A DNA stretch of 64,000 nucleotides from Candidatus Levybacteria bacterium RIFCSPHIGHO2_01_FULL_36_15b (GCA_001782045.1 MFNK01000008.1:2597-66596), one strand, 5' to 3'. Shown: positions 1 through 9,445, numbered from the stretch's first letter. Numbers and translations: made by a program. The notes: generated by a model not told the origin, from the letters alone.

Positions 1-57
1 CAAAGCCAAATCAAGTGCAGGGAAGTTGTTCATTTGAATGTGATAGAATGGGTTTAG

Positions 58-1686
58 ATGACAAAAAAATTATACTCAATTTTAACAACTTTAGCTTCGG
101 AAATGGGCGCAAAAGAGCCTAATTTTAAGGTTGAATTTCCAAAGGACAAATCACACGGCGATTTGAGCTCAAATATTGCCCTTGCTTTGTTTAAAAACTC
201 AAAATCACAGTATTCATCACCCTTAGCATTGGCAAAAGATTTAGTTGAAAAACTGGAAAAACAAAAGGAAATTTTAGAAGATTTTGAAAAAATAGAAGCA
301 GTTGAGCCCGGTTTTGTTAATTTTTACTATTCCAATAAATACCTTTCAGCTCAAACGCAAAAGATAATAGAAGAAGATAAAGAATATGGCTCCATAGATA
401 TAGGAAAGGGAAAGTCGGCAAGCGTTGAATATGTTAGCGCAAACCCTACAGGGCCTTTGCATATTGGAAATGCCCGAGGCGGACCAATGGGTGACATTAT
501 TGCAAATGTGCTCTCTTATGCAGGCTACAAGGTCACACGGGAGTACTTACACAACGATATAGGCGGACAGGTAGAAAAACTCGGTGAAAGCATTTACTAC
601 GTTCTTAATTCTTCCGAAAAACCCAAAGATTACGAAATCCAATACAAAGGAGAGTACGTTTATGATTTGGCGAAAAAAGTTAACACAAAATTACACACTC
701 AAAAACTCTCCAAAGACGAATTTATAAAAGAAGCAGGAAAAATAGCAGTTGAAATAATGCTCGAGCAAATTTTACAAGACTGCAAGCTTATGGGAATAAA
801 TTTTGACAAAGTTACTAAAGAATCCGAACTTCAAAAAGATATTCCTAAGGTGCTAGACAAGCTCAAAAGTTCGCTTAAGACAAGCGAAGGGGCATTATGG
901 TTTGCTCCTTCTGATGAGTATCTTAAAGATAGAGAAACAGTTGTTAGAAAATCAAACGGGAAATATACATATTTTGCATCTGATATCGTTTATCATAACC
1001 AGAAATTGATGCAGAGTGATGTTGTTATAGATATTTTAGGGGCGAACCACAGCGGACACGTGCCAAAACTTTTCGCAATTGCCAAGGCATTAGGACACGA
1101 TCCTGAAAACTTAAAAGTTATTCTTTATCAAAATGTCAGACTTAAAAAGGGGCAGGAAACTTTTAAAATGGCCAAAAGATTGGGAAATATTGTAACAGCA
1201 AGGGAAGTTTTACAGGAAGTAGGCAAAGACGCTTTTAGATTTTTCCTGTCGATGCAAAATAATCAGAGCCATATAGATTTTGATATAGAGCTTGCTAAGA
1301 AAAAGGCAAACGAAAATCCTGTTTTCTACGTCCAATACGCGTATACGCGAATATGTTCCATATTCGCTAAAATAAAAGATAACAAATCAAATCTCAAATC
1401 TGCTAACTTAGAACTTCTCAAAGAAAAAGAAGAGTTAGATTTAATGAGAACGCTTTTGCAATTCCCAAGTCTCATTGAACAGGTGAGCCATAATTTTGCA
1501 GTAAATTTAATTACAAACTATTCTCTAGAGCTTGCAACTGCGTTCCACCGTTTTTATGAAAAACATCAAGTGCTTTCAGTTCAAAGTGAATTAAAAAATG
1601 CCCGCTTAGCACTATTAAAGGCAACCCAAATTACATTAAAAAATACATTAGATTTGCTAGGGATATCAGCCCCGGAAAAAATGTAA
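58..1686 (+). CDS. argS: arginine--tRNA ligase
   Basis: 542 aa. Class I HIGH-type motif PTGPLHIGNARGG. C-terminal anticodon-binding-like region. Overall ArgRS layout. Confidence 0.88.
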   Translation: MTKKLYSILTTLASEMGAKEPNFKVEFPKDKSHGDLSSNIALALFKNSKSQYSSPLALAKDLVEKLEKQKEILEDFEKIEAVEPGFVNFYYSNKYLSAQTQKIIEEDKEYGSIDIGKGKSASVEYVSANPTGPLHIGNARGGPMGDIIANVLSYAGYKVTREYLHNDIGGQVEKLGESIYYVLNSSEKPKDYEIQYKGEYVYDLAKKVNTKLHTQKLSKDEFIKEAGKIAVEIMLEQILQDCKLMGINFDKVTKESELQKDIPKVLDKLKSSLKTSEGALWFAPSDEYLKDRETVVRKSNGKYTYFASDIVYHNQKLMQSDVVIDILGANHSGHVPKLFAIAKALGHDPENLKVILYQNVRLKKGQETFKMAKRLGNIVTAREVLQEVGKDAFRFFLSMQNNQSHIDFDIELAKKKANENPVFYVQYAYTRICSIFAKIKDNKSNLKSANLELLKEKEELDLMRTLLQFPSLIEQVSHNFAVNLITNYSLELATAFHRFYEKHQVLSVQSELKNARLALLKATQITLKNTLDLLGISAPEKM

Positions 1687-1713
1687 TTTAGCTCCAAACG
1701 AACCTAATTGAAC

Positions 1714-1742
1714 TTGATTTTTGTCTTATAGTGTGTTATATT
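1714..1742 (+). promoter_or_regulatory. sigma70-like promoter TTGATT-17-TATATT upstream of the first family gene
   Basis: TTGATT at 1714-1719, 17 nt spacer, TATATT at 1737-1742. Sits in the argS-downstream gap, so the in-frame ATG at 1749 is the more likely start. Confidence 0.4.
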
Positions 1743-1748
1743 CCACGC

Positions 1749-2300
1749 ATGGAAAAAGAACCAAGATTTTTTATCAATATTCCTGAAAGTGAAAGGGAAT
1801 ATACAATGCCAAAAATTAAAGAATACCCAAGAGACGGAGAAGAAACAGTAGTTTTTGAGGGGATTGGTGGACCTGTATTTGAAAAGAATCAAACGGAGAG
1901 AAAAGTGATTCGAAAACCAAAAGATTTTGTCACAAATACACCTAAAAATTCACCAAGAACAATTCTGGCTGAAATACTAAAAAAAAGAGGTATTGACGTT
2001 CGGATTTCAAACGAGACAACAGATATTTATGGGAGTCCTCTACCTGATTTTGTAGCAATTTTTGCAGAAGATGACGCGAGGCAAATATTCAACGAAATTT
2101 TTGATTCTGCCCAGTTTCGAGAGGATAGAGTGTATATTGACTTTGAGGATACAGACGATGAGCTTAGGCAGAAAATTATTCATGGAATTGAGGCAATTGT
2201 TGATAAAAAGCTTGGCCCGGTTGTTCAAGAGCCTCAAAAACCCTATATAACCGCGCGTGAAGTCGCGGATTTAGATCCGTATAGAGTAAGGAGTAAATAG
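1749..2300 (+). CDS. VADLDPY-motif family protein (member 1; motif at extreme C-terminus ...AREVADLDPYRVRSK*)
   Basis: ORF track 1731..2300; start at 1749 preferred (MEKEPRFF...) because 1731 lies inside the putative promoter. N-terminal module (DFVTNTPKNSPRTILAEILKKRGI) is paralogous to members 2 and 3. Confidence 0.6.
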   Translation: MEKEPRFFINIPESEREYTMPKIKEYPRDGEETVVFEGIGGPVFEKNQTERKVIRKPKDFVTNTPKNSPRTILAEILKKRGIDVRISNETTDIYGSPLPDFVAIFAEDDARQIFNEIFDSAQFREDRVYIDFEDTDDELRQKIIHGIEAIVDKKLGPVVQEPQKPYITAREVADLDPYRVRSK

Positions 2301-2301
2301 T

Positions 2302-2964
2302 ATGTCAATAGAAAAAATACAAGTTCAAATAAAGAGCTCAGAAATGAACGGGGAGCAGCGGTTAAAAACCCAAGGCACACCGGAAGATTTTATAACAAAT
2401 TGCCCCGAAAATTCGGTAAGAGTTATACTGGCACAGATTTTAATAGATAAAGGCTTAGAAGAACTAAGAATTGATCAGCCTTTAGGATCTGCTGGGAAGG
2501 GTGCAAAAGGAATATTCGGAACCAAAAGGGCCCGCGAAATTATGGAAAGGATAGTCCATACTCCGGAGTTTCATGTAATTTTTATAGCTCATGATATTTC
2601 GGATATTCCCTTAGCACCCAAAGACTTTGCAAATTTAAAACTAGAAAAATTTAAAAGTACAAAGCTTATAGAAGAATTTCAGATTCTTCAATTGAAGAAA
2701 CATGTTGAAAAACTTGAAGATCTCTTTCCCTATTCTTCCGACAATGCACAAATGAACAGATTTACTAGAGAAGAAGAGAAAAAATTGAATGAATTTATTG
2801 CTTCTGGGGTTCATATTCTCACCGATGAGGAAATAAAGGCAATAATAGAAGTTATTGTTGATGCAAATGCGAGACCGGAAGATCTAATAGACGAAAGGAT
2901 AAGGCACAGAACTCTTTCGGCAAACGAAGTTGCGGACTTAGATCCGTATGGAGTAAGAAAATGA
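2302..2964 (+). CDS. VADLDPY-motif family protein (member 2; C-terminal ...SANEVADLDPYGVRK*)
   Basis: 220 aa. Module GTPEDFITNCPENSVRVILAQILIDKGLEELRIDQPLGSAGKGAKGIFGTKRAREIMERI is nearly identical to member 3. Stop overlaps the next start (ATGA). Confidence 0.65.
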   Translation: MSIEKIQVQIKSSEMNGEQRLKTQGTPEDFITNCPENSVRVILAQILIDKGLEELRIDQPLGSAGKGAKGIFGTKRAREIMERIVHTPEFHVIFIAHDISDIPLAPKDFANLKLEKFKSTKLIEEFQILQLKKHVEKLEDLFPYSSDNAQMNRFTREEEKKLNEFIASGVHILTDEEIKAIIEVIVDANARPEDLIDERIRHRTLSANEVADLDPYGVRK

Positions 2965-3629
2965 GCAACAAAGAACAAGAGCTAAAAGAATTTAATTATG
3001 GCACGCCGGAAGATTTTCTTACAAATACTGGCGAAAACTCTACAGAAGTTATGTTGGCTGAAGTTTTGATAGACAAGGGCTTAAAAGGACTAAGAATTGA
3101 TCAGCCTTTAGGATCTGCTGGGAAGGGTGCAAAAGGAATATTCGGAACCAAAAGGGCCCGCGAAATTATGGAAAGGATCGATGATACTCCGGAGTTTGAT
3201 GTAATTTTTAAAGCTTGTGATGTGCCGGATATAAGATTAAATGCTTCAGATTTTGCGGATCTGACTTTGCAAGAATTCAAAGGTACAAAACTTCAAGAGG
3301 AACTCATTACTCTTCAACTGAAGAAAGAGATAGAAAATCTTAAAAGAATTTTCCTTGATTTTTCAGGTTATCCAGATATGAAAAAAAGCGTTGAAAAAAA
3401 GGAGCAGAATTTAACATTCTTTATAGATTCAGGAGTACATATTCCCACAGATGAAGAAATAAAAAAACTAATAGAAGCTATAGTAGACGCAAATACGACG
3501 CCTGAAGATTTTAAGGAAGAATCTCAAAAGGCAAAAGAAACTCTTAAACCTGTGGATTTAAAAGTTCAAAATAGGACCCTAAGAGCAAACGAAGTAGCGG
3601 ATTTAGATCCGTATGGGGTTAGAAAATGA
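2961..3629 (+). CDS. VADLDPY-motif family protein (member 3; C-terminal ...RANEVADLDPYGVRK*)
   Basis: 222 aa tandem paralog of member 2. ATGA overlap at both ends. Confidence 0.65.
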   Translation: MSNKEQELKEFNYGTPEDFLTNTGENSTEVMLAEVLIDKGLKGLRIDQPLGSAGKGAKGIFGTKRAREIMERIDDTPEFDVIFKACDVPDIRLNASDFADLTLQEFKGTKLQEELITLQLKKEIENLKRIFLDFSGYPDMKKSVEKKEQNLTFFIDSGVHIPTDEEIKKLIEAIVDANTTPEDFKEESQKAKETLKPVDLKVQNRTLRANEVADLDPYGVRK

Positions 3630-4378
3630 CAGAAAGAATAATAAACTACCAAAAAGAACAAAAGACGGAAGTTGTAATGGAGGGGATTATGGGTCCAGTT
3701 TCTATTCCTGTGGAAAAAACTCAAACTCCAGAAATTCCATCTCAAACTGCATCAAAAGATACATTAAGAGCTCACGAAGTAGCAGAGTTAGACCCGTATG
3801 GTGTGCGTTCAAAACCTTCTAAGCCGATTAAAGTTGAGCACTCTCCAATTCCAGAATTAGAAGTAATTGACGGAAGACACTTACATGGAAGCTCTAGGCT
3901 TATAGTTGCAGAAGTTTTAAAAGAAAAGGGCTACGGAGGCATTATAATAACGCAAGTCCCAGGAGAAGAATTTAAACAAATTAGAATAAAAAAAGAAAGA
4001 GCGCAACAGAAATTTGAAGAATTATGTGAATTACCTGACTTAAAGCTTTTGGAAGAAATTACAGATCCAAAACCTTTTTCCCAACCACCTGATTTAAGCA
4101 AAAGAGGAGAGTTCTACGAATTTGACAACATAGTCAATCAAAGAAGACTCAAGGCGCTTTACTATCAAGCAAAAATAAAACACTTAAAAGAGGCTTCAAA
4201 GCATTTTAAAATACCGCTGGAAGACGGAAAAGTTGTAATATATGAAGCGTTAATTGATGAAAATTTGAGATCATATCCCGGCACTAGTTTTGAAGCCCTG
4301 GTCAATAAAAGGGAAAAAATTCCCTCTAGGGCAGAAGTAAAACATTGGGTAAAACAGATCGTAATGCAAAACTTATGA
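3626..4378 (+). CDS. VADLDPY-motif family protein (member 4; motif near N-terminus, RAHEVAELDPYGVRSKPSKP)
   Basis: 250 aa. After the motif there is a module with LIVAEVLKEKGYGG and EEFKQIR, resembling the modules of members 2, 3 and 5. Confidence 0.6.
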   Translation: MTERIINYQKEQKTEVVMEGIMGPVSIPVEKTQTPEIPSQTASKDTLRAHEVAELDPYGVRSKPSKPIKVEHSPIPELEVIDGRHLHGSSRLIVAEVLKEKGYGGIIITQVPGEEFKQIRIKKERAQQKFEELCELPDLKLLEEITDPKPFSQPPDLSKRGEFYEFDNIVNQRRLKALYYQAKIKHLKEASKHFKIPLEDGKVVIYEALIDENLRSYPGTSFEALVNKREKIPSRAEVKHWVKQIVMQNL

Positions 4379-5622
4379 CAGAAAGCTCATCAGGGTTTGG
4401 CAGTAATATGCCGGAAAAGTTAAGAAGTCCAGAATTTGAAGATAGATTCCTTTGGGGAGCAGAGCCAGATAATTCTGTTGATTTAACTCTTGCAAATATC
4501 TTAAAAGAGAGGGGTATTAAGGGCATAGCTTTTGAAAGAAAAACAAGGGAAAACGATGGAGGGGAATATACAAATATATATGTAACCACTGATAAAGCAA
4601 GAATGACCATGAATAAAATAACTGAAATGCCGGAAATTGGTGCTTTAAGTGACGCAACTTACCCAGGGTTTAGTTTAGACGAGCCTGATTTTGATAAAGT
4701 TACCATTGAAGAATTTAAGAATGTAGATTTGCAAAACAGGTTAAAAGCACTTTTTTGTAAAAATACAATTGCAGATTTTGAAACGTGGCCAGATGATGGC
4801 TTAGAGGTTTGGGAAGACAACAGCAATGCAATGAATGTCAACCACTATACAGAGGAAATGGAAGAGTATTTAAGATTTAGTACGCCGAGTACTGTTCCGG
4901 ACGACGACGAAATAAAAGCATTAATTGAACTAATTGTTGATTCACAAGGAATACCAAGAAGAGAAAAAGAAGCTACAGAAGAAGTAATAGTTGTTGATTC
5001 AAAATCCACACTTAGCGCAAACGAGGTAGCTGATTTAGATCCGTATAATGTGCGCGGTAAGCCCATTCAAAACTCTCCAAAACAGCTTTTGGAAGAAAAA
5101 GAAACTTTAGGGGAATTGGAAATTTGGGGATCACATATTCCGGAATCCTCCAATTTAATTCTTGCAGAGCTTTTGCAGGAAGCGGGGTTCCAGGATATCG
5201 GGATAAAGGATGCAAAAGACGGGAAAAAGGACATTTATTGTAGTGATAATTATACTCGAAGAATAATAAATAGCACTTTTAATTTCTCGGATTTCCAAAT
5301 ACTTTCTCAAATTACAGGTGGTTATCCCAATGAATTGCCGGATTTTAGCAAAGCAGAATTCTCGGAATTTAAAAATGAAATCACACAGAGAAGGCTAAAA
5401 GGTCTACGTTATGACATCCTAATCAAGGAATATATAAGGTCCTGTCAAAGAAAAGGCATACCTATTAACGCTAATGCACAAGGATATATGGAAGCCAGTA
5501 AATCTGACGCTTTAATATATGAAATTACTCCTTACGGGACTGCTCCGCAAACTCTTCACTTAGAGATTCCCGACAGGAAAGAATTAAAAAACTGGATAAG
5601 AGAAATAATAAGTACTTTATAA
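4375..5622 (+). CDS. VADLDPY-motif family protein (member 5; internal motif SANEVADLDPYNVRGKPIQ separating two homologous half-modules)
   Basis: ORF track 4345..5622; ATG at 4375 gives an ATGA overlap with the member 4 stop, as elsewhere in the array. Two repeated modules (LANILKERGIKG...EEFKNVDLQNRLKALF and LAELLQEAGFQD...SEFKNEITQRRLKGLRY) flank the motif. Confidence 0.6.
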   Translation: MTESSSGFGSNMPEKLRSPEFEDRFLWGAEPDNSVDLTLANILKERGIKGIAFERKTRENDGGEYTNIYVTTDKARMTMNKITEMPEIGALSDATYPGFSLDEPDFDKVTIEEFKNVDLQNRLKALFCKNTIADFETWPDDGLEVWEDNSNAMNVNHYTEEMEEYLRFSTPSTVPDDDEIKALIELIVDSQGIPRREKEATEEVIVVDSKSTLSANEVADLDPYNVRGKPIQNSPKQLLEEKETLGELEIWGSHIPESSNLILAELLQEAGFQDIGIKDAKDGKKDIYCSDNYTRRIINSTFNFSDFQILSQITGGYPNELPDFSKAEFSEFKNEITQRRLKGLRYDILIKEYIRSCQRKGIPINANAQGYMEASKSDALIYEITPYGTAPQTLHLEIPDRKELKNWIREIISTL

Positions 5623-5631
5623 ACATTAATT

Positions 5632-6504
5632 ATGAAAGAATTAAATTTCCATTTAAGAGCAGACGAAGTAGCTGATTTGGATCCTTATAACGTTCGTGGA
5701 AAACCTGTTCAGCAGGCGGCAGAAGATCTTCTGGGGGATGAGCCTGAAAATGGCCTAGAAGGAGCTTTCAATTATGTCCAGGAAACGACCCTGGTAGTAA
5801 ATGAAAAATTGGCTTGGGAAAGAGTTTTTGGTTTAAGGCCGGAAATTGGGCCATTGCCACCTTATTTTACCCACGAAATGAAAGAAAAACTTGAAGAAAA
5901 CGGTTTTAATTTTATTTATATTCCTCATTTAGAGCTCGAGAACGGATGGCGTGGGCTAAGTACAGCGGGATATTTAAGTGCCTTACAAAGAGATTATCCA
6001 AACTGGAAAGCTCTTGAGTATCTTCCAGATATAGATAGAGATAATCCTAACGTACCAAAAAACTTAAGTCAGACCTTTTGGGACGACGTAGAAAGAGGGA
6101 ATATACCCTTTCCGCAACTTCCCGGTAAATGGATTGCTGTGGAGCATAGAGATGGAAGTTTTATGGAAGATCATCTAGGAATAAATTTTTATAATAGTGA
6201 TGATTGGAGCGAAATTTTATCAGGAATTACTATGAAACAGCAAAAAGCACTTGAAGAATTAGACCTTTGGGGATTCAGGGCGCATATTAGACTTCCTGAA
6301 GCAATTGAATGGAATCTTCTAGCTAATAGATTCGGGTGGGGAAGCCCCGGCGAATGGGACTGGACAAGCACCGAAACCAATGAAAATGAAATTGTAGTTA
6401 TGGGACTTTTTGACGATAAAATTAATAGCGAATTTAAGCTTGTTTCAAAACAAAGGAAAGATTTTCTGGCGCAACCAATAATTGATTTTAGTCTGGAAAC
6501 TTAA
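5632..6504 (+). CDS. VADLDPY-motif family protein (member 6; N-terminal LRADEVADLDPYNVRGKPVQQAAEDLLGDEPENG)
   Basis: 290 aa. The N-terminal motif and acidic linker match the N-termini of members 10-13. Confidence 0.6.
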   Translation: MKELNFHLRADEVADLDPYNVRGKPVQQAAEDLLGDEPENGLEGAFNYVQETTLVVNEKLAWERVFGLRPEIGPLPPYFTHEMKEKLEENGFNFIYIPHLELENGWRGLSTAGYLSALQRDYPNWKALEYLPDIDRDNPNVPKNLSQTFWDDVERGNIPFPQLPGKWIAVEHRDGSFMEDHLGINFYNSDDWSEILSGITMKQQKALEELDLWGFRAHIRLPEAIEWNLLANRFGWGSPGEWDWTSTETNENEIVVMGLFDDKINSEFKLVSKQRKDFLAQPIIDFSLET

Positions 6505-6563
6505 TAGCCTCGATTTTTGACATATTTTAAACTGATACTCTTTCCGTTATAATATTAGCTCTT

Positions 6564-7862
6564 ATGAACTACACAAGAAAAGTATTAGACAATGGTGTCC
6601 GAGTTATAACAGTTCCTATGCCTTCGTTTGAATCTGCAACAGTAATGGTAATGGTTGGAGCAGGAAGCAGATACGAAACAACAAAAAACAACGGAATTTC
6701 CCACTTTTTGGAACACATGGCTTTTAAGGGTACGACAAAAAGACCAAGTGCCATGGATATTGCAAGCATGATAGATGGCATTGGAGGCGAATTTAATGCA
6801 TTTACAAGCAAAGAAGTAACAGGATATTTTGTAAAAGCTGCTAAAACACACGCAGAACTTTGCATGGATGTTTTATCCGACATGCTTCAAAATTCCAAGC
6901 TGGATGCAGCAGAAATAGAGAAAGAAAGAGGAGTAATTTTGGAGGAAATAAACCTTTACGAAGATACACCAAGCAGAAAAATAGGCGATATTTACGAAAG
7001 TCTCTTATATGGAGATACTCCGATGGGCTGGGATATCGCCGGCCAAAAAGAAGTTATAAAAAGTATTACAAGGCAGGATTTTGTTGATTATATGGCAAGC
7101 CTTTACAGCGCCAAAAATATGGTCGTTGTAGTTGCGGGCGGAATAATTCCGGACAAAATTGAGGCTATGGCCGTTAAGTATTTTGGCAAAATGTCACAAT
7201 TTGATACAGTAAAATATAGCCCAATAGTAGAAAACCAGGTCAAACCATCTCTTTATATAAAACATAAAGTTACGGAACAAGTTCATATAGCGGTTGGGTT
7301 CCGCACGGTTGCGCTCGAGCATCCGGATAGATACGCTTTATCGGTTTTAGGCTCAATTTTGGGTGGAGGAATGAGCTCGCGGCTTTTTAGCGAAGTTAGG
7401 GAAAAACGAGGGCTTGCTTATTACGTAAGAACCGGTTCGGAAAATTATCAAGATGCAGGAAATTTAGTATCAACCGCAGGACTTGATCCAAAAAGAGTGG
7501 ATGAGGGAATAAAAGTTGTAGTTGAAGAGTATTCTAAATTTGCAAGCGGAAAGGCAAATGTTACTAAAACAGAACTTGCAAAAGCCAAAGAGTACATAAA
7601 AGGGCATTTGGTTTTAGAAGAAGAAGACAGCCGCTTTATGGCTGCTTTTTACGCTCAAAACGAGCTTTTGGAAAAGAATATGGAAACGCCCGAAGAACTT
7701 ATTGAAAATATAGAAAAAGTAACAATGGAAGATGTAGAAAAAGTCGCCAAAAAATACTTTAAAAACGAAACATTAAATTTAGCAATAATCGGAAATTTTG
7801 ATCCTTCGACAGGCTCAGGACGAGCATCCGAGGCAAAATTTAAGAAGCTTCTGAAGATTTAG
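6564..7862 (+). CDS. M16 family zinc metallopeptidase (insulinase/pitrilysin-like)
   Basis: 432 aa. Inverted zinc-binding motif HFLEHMAFKGT (HxxEH). Peptidase_M16 N- and C-domain layout. Confidence 0.8.
   Translation: MNYTRKVLDNGVRVITVPMPSFESATVMVMVGAGSRYETTKNNGISHFLEHMAFKGTTKRPSAMDIASMIDGIGGEFNAFTSKEVTGYFVKAAKTHAELCMDVLSDMLQNSKLDAAEIEKERGVILEEINLYEDTPSRKIGDIYESLLYGDTPMGWDIAGQKEVIKSITRQDFVDYMASLYSAKNMVVVVAGGIIPDKIEAMAVKYFGKMSQFDTVKYSPIVENQVKPSLYIKHKVTEQVHIAVGFRTVALEHPDRYALSVLGSILGGGMSSRLFSEVREKRGLAYYVRTGSENYQDAGNLVSTAGLDPKRVDEGIKVVVEEYSKFASGKANVTKTELAKAKEYIKGHLVLEEEDSRFMAAFYAQNELLEKNMETPEELIENIEKVTMEDVEKVAKKYFKNETLNLAIIGNFDPSTGSGRASEAKFKKLLKI
7802..7820 (+). repeat. dispersed ~20 bp repeat, copy 1 (TCCTTCGACAGGCTCAGGA)
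   Basis: Read directly from the sequence. Overlaps the 3' end of the M16 peptidase ORF. Other copies at 23193, 24394, 24524 and 33674 (reverse). Confidence 0.6.
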
Positions 7863-8778
7863 CCTGTTTCCTCAAGCTTTCTCTTTCCTGTGCCAGTTTT
7901 ATATTTCTTACAGATTCTTCTCCGAGTTCTAATTTAGCCGGATATCTCAGCATAAAATAAGCACCCCACTTGTGAATGTCTACTTCTCTTTGTGCATTAT
8001 GAATCCAAAGTCCATTAGAGTCTTCTACAAAAGTTCCAACATCCTTAAGGCTGATTTTTTCTTCCCAAACTACTTTTTGTGGGTCTTTAATGTCAAAAAT
8101 AGTTAACTTATCGCCATTATTGAGCATGTGGAATCCTTCATAATCCCATTTTTCAACTAAAAGAGTGTCAGATTGTCTTTGCTCAATAACTCCGTCTTGC
8201 CACTCTACGGTTGCTCTTGTTATTTCTCCAGGCCTTATTCCATAAGGTCTTTCTGCAATAGGCGTTCCTCCTGCAGAATACCTTTTTCCTTTAGTATCTA
8301 CGGCAGTAGATTTATCCACCATAATCCAGTTTCCTTCGCCTAACTTCTCGTTAAACCTATCGGCTGAATATTTCATCTTGAATTCATACTTTTCCATCAA
8401 CCTTTTATCTGCTTCTTTGTCTCCTTCTTCTTCACCTACGTATAAAGAAGAAATATAATAATCTTCTTCTTTTTCCATTGGATCAGGAAGAAGATCCCAT
8501 TTTTCTCCGTGTAGTACTTCTGCATCGTCTTTAGTTTTTCCTTTTCTATCCGGATTATTTAAATCCCAAACTTCAGTGTTTCCAAAGACGCCGTCTGCTC
8601 TATCATAAGTTATAAAATCTCTGTCTTGGAATGCCCAGTATCCACCCTCGATGCCAGTTTCTGAGTAAAATTCTAACTTTCCTTTGTAGGTATGTGGGGG
8701 AAGTTTTTCTTTTGGCTCTCTTGTTTTATACGGATCTAAATCTGCAACTTCGTTTGCTCTTAACAATTCATTTTTCAT
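7840..8778 (-). CDS. VADLDPY-motif family protein (member 7; N-terminal LRANEVADLDPYKTREPKEK)
   Basis: 312 aa on the minus strand, convergent with the M16 peptidase gene and overlapping its end by about 22 nt. Confidence 0.55.
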   Translation of the reverse strand: MKNELLRANEVADLDPYKTREPKEKLPPHTYKGKLEFYSETGIEGGYWAFQDRDFITYDRADGVFGNTEVWDLNNPDRKGKTKDDAEVLHGEKWDLLPDPMEKEEDYYISSLYVGEEEGDKEADKRLMEKYEFKMKYSADRFNEKLGEGNWIMVDKSTAVDTKGKRYSAGGTPIAERPYGIRPGEITRATVEWQDGVIEQRQSDTLLVEKWDYEGFHMLNNGDKLTIFDIKDPQKVVWEEKISLKDVGTFVEDSNGLWIHNAQREVDIHKWGAYFMLRYPAKLELGEESVRNIKLAQERESLRKQAKSSEAS

Positions 8779-8857
8779 TAGGACCGAATTATAAGTCTAA
8801 GCATTAATTTAGTCAAACGAGCTAGTCGTTATAACATTGTTATAACATAAGTTTCTA

Positions 8858-8886
8858 TTTACATTTTAGGTTTTACGCTTTACAAT
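8858..8886 (+). promoter_or_regulatory. sigma70-like promoter TTTACA-17-TACAAT upstream of ndk
   Basis: TTTACA at 8858-8863, 17 nt spacer, TACAAT at 8881-8886, ending 8 nt before the ndk ATG. Confidence 0.4.
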
Positions 8887-8893
8887 TAGACCG

Positions 8894-9445
8894 ATGGAAA
8901 AAACATTAGTACTTTTAAAGCCTGATGCGGTAAAGCGGGGAATAATGGGTGAAATAATTCATAGATTCGAGCGTATGGGGCTTCGAATTGTTGGTATGAA
9001 AATGGTAAAGGCAGACAAGTCTTTATTAGACAAGCATTATGCCACAGATAAAACATCTACTTTAGACCGAATTGGAGGCAAAACAATAGATACTTACAAA
9101 AAATATGGCAAGGATTTAAAAAAAGAGTTTGGAACAGAAGACGCAGCAAAAGTTGGTAAGGTTGTGGTTGGCTGGTTATTAGACTTTATGACCTCCACAC
9201 CCGTTGTTGCTATGGTGGTAGAGGGCAAACACGCAGTAGATAATGTAGTAGCGTTAGCAGGTTCTACAATGCCTGTCGCTGCTGCACCTGGAACAATTAG
9301 AGGGGATTTTTCAACAGATAGCGCTGCTTATGCAAACGAAGAAAAAAGAGCAGTAACTAACTTAGTTCATATTTCCGCTACAAAAGAAGAAGCAGAATTT
9401 GAAATTTCTCTTTGGTTTACGCCTTCCGAAATCCACAACTATTAA
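8894..9445 (+). CDS. ndk: nucleoside diphosphate kinase (atypical, with insertion)
   Basis: N-terminal TLVLLKPDAVKRG, C-terminal ...HISATKEEAEFEISLWF matching the NDK fold. 183 aa, about 35 aa longer than typical NDK. Confidence 0.75.
   Translation: MEKTLVLLKPDAVKRGIMGEIIHRFERMGLRIVGMKMVKADKSLLDKHYATDKTSTLDRIGGKTIDTYKKYGKDLKKEFGTEDAAKVGKVVVGWLLDFMTSTPVVAMVVEGKHAVDNVVALAGSTMPVAAAPGTIRGDFSTDSAAYANEEKRAVTNLVHISATKEEAEFEISLWFTPSEIHNY

Noticed and set aside
1704-2250. Small ORFs 1704-1892(-), 2040-2237(-) and 2062-2250(+) overlapping family member 1
   Set aside because: They overlap a gene belonging to a 13-member conserved family. No independent support.
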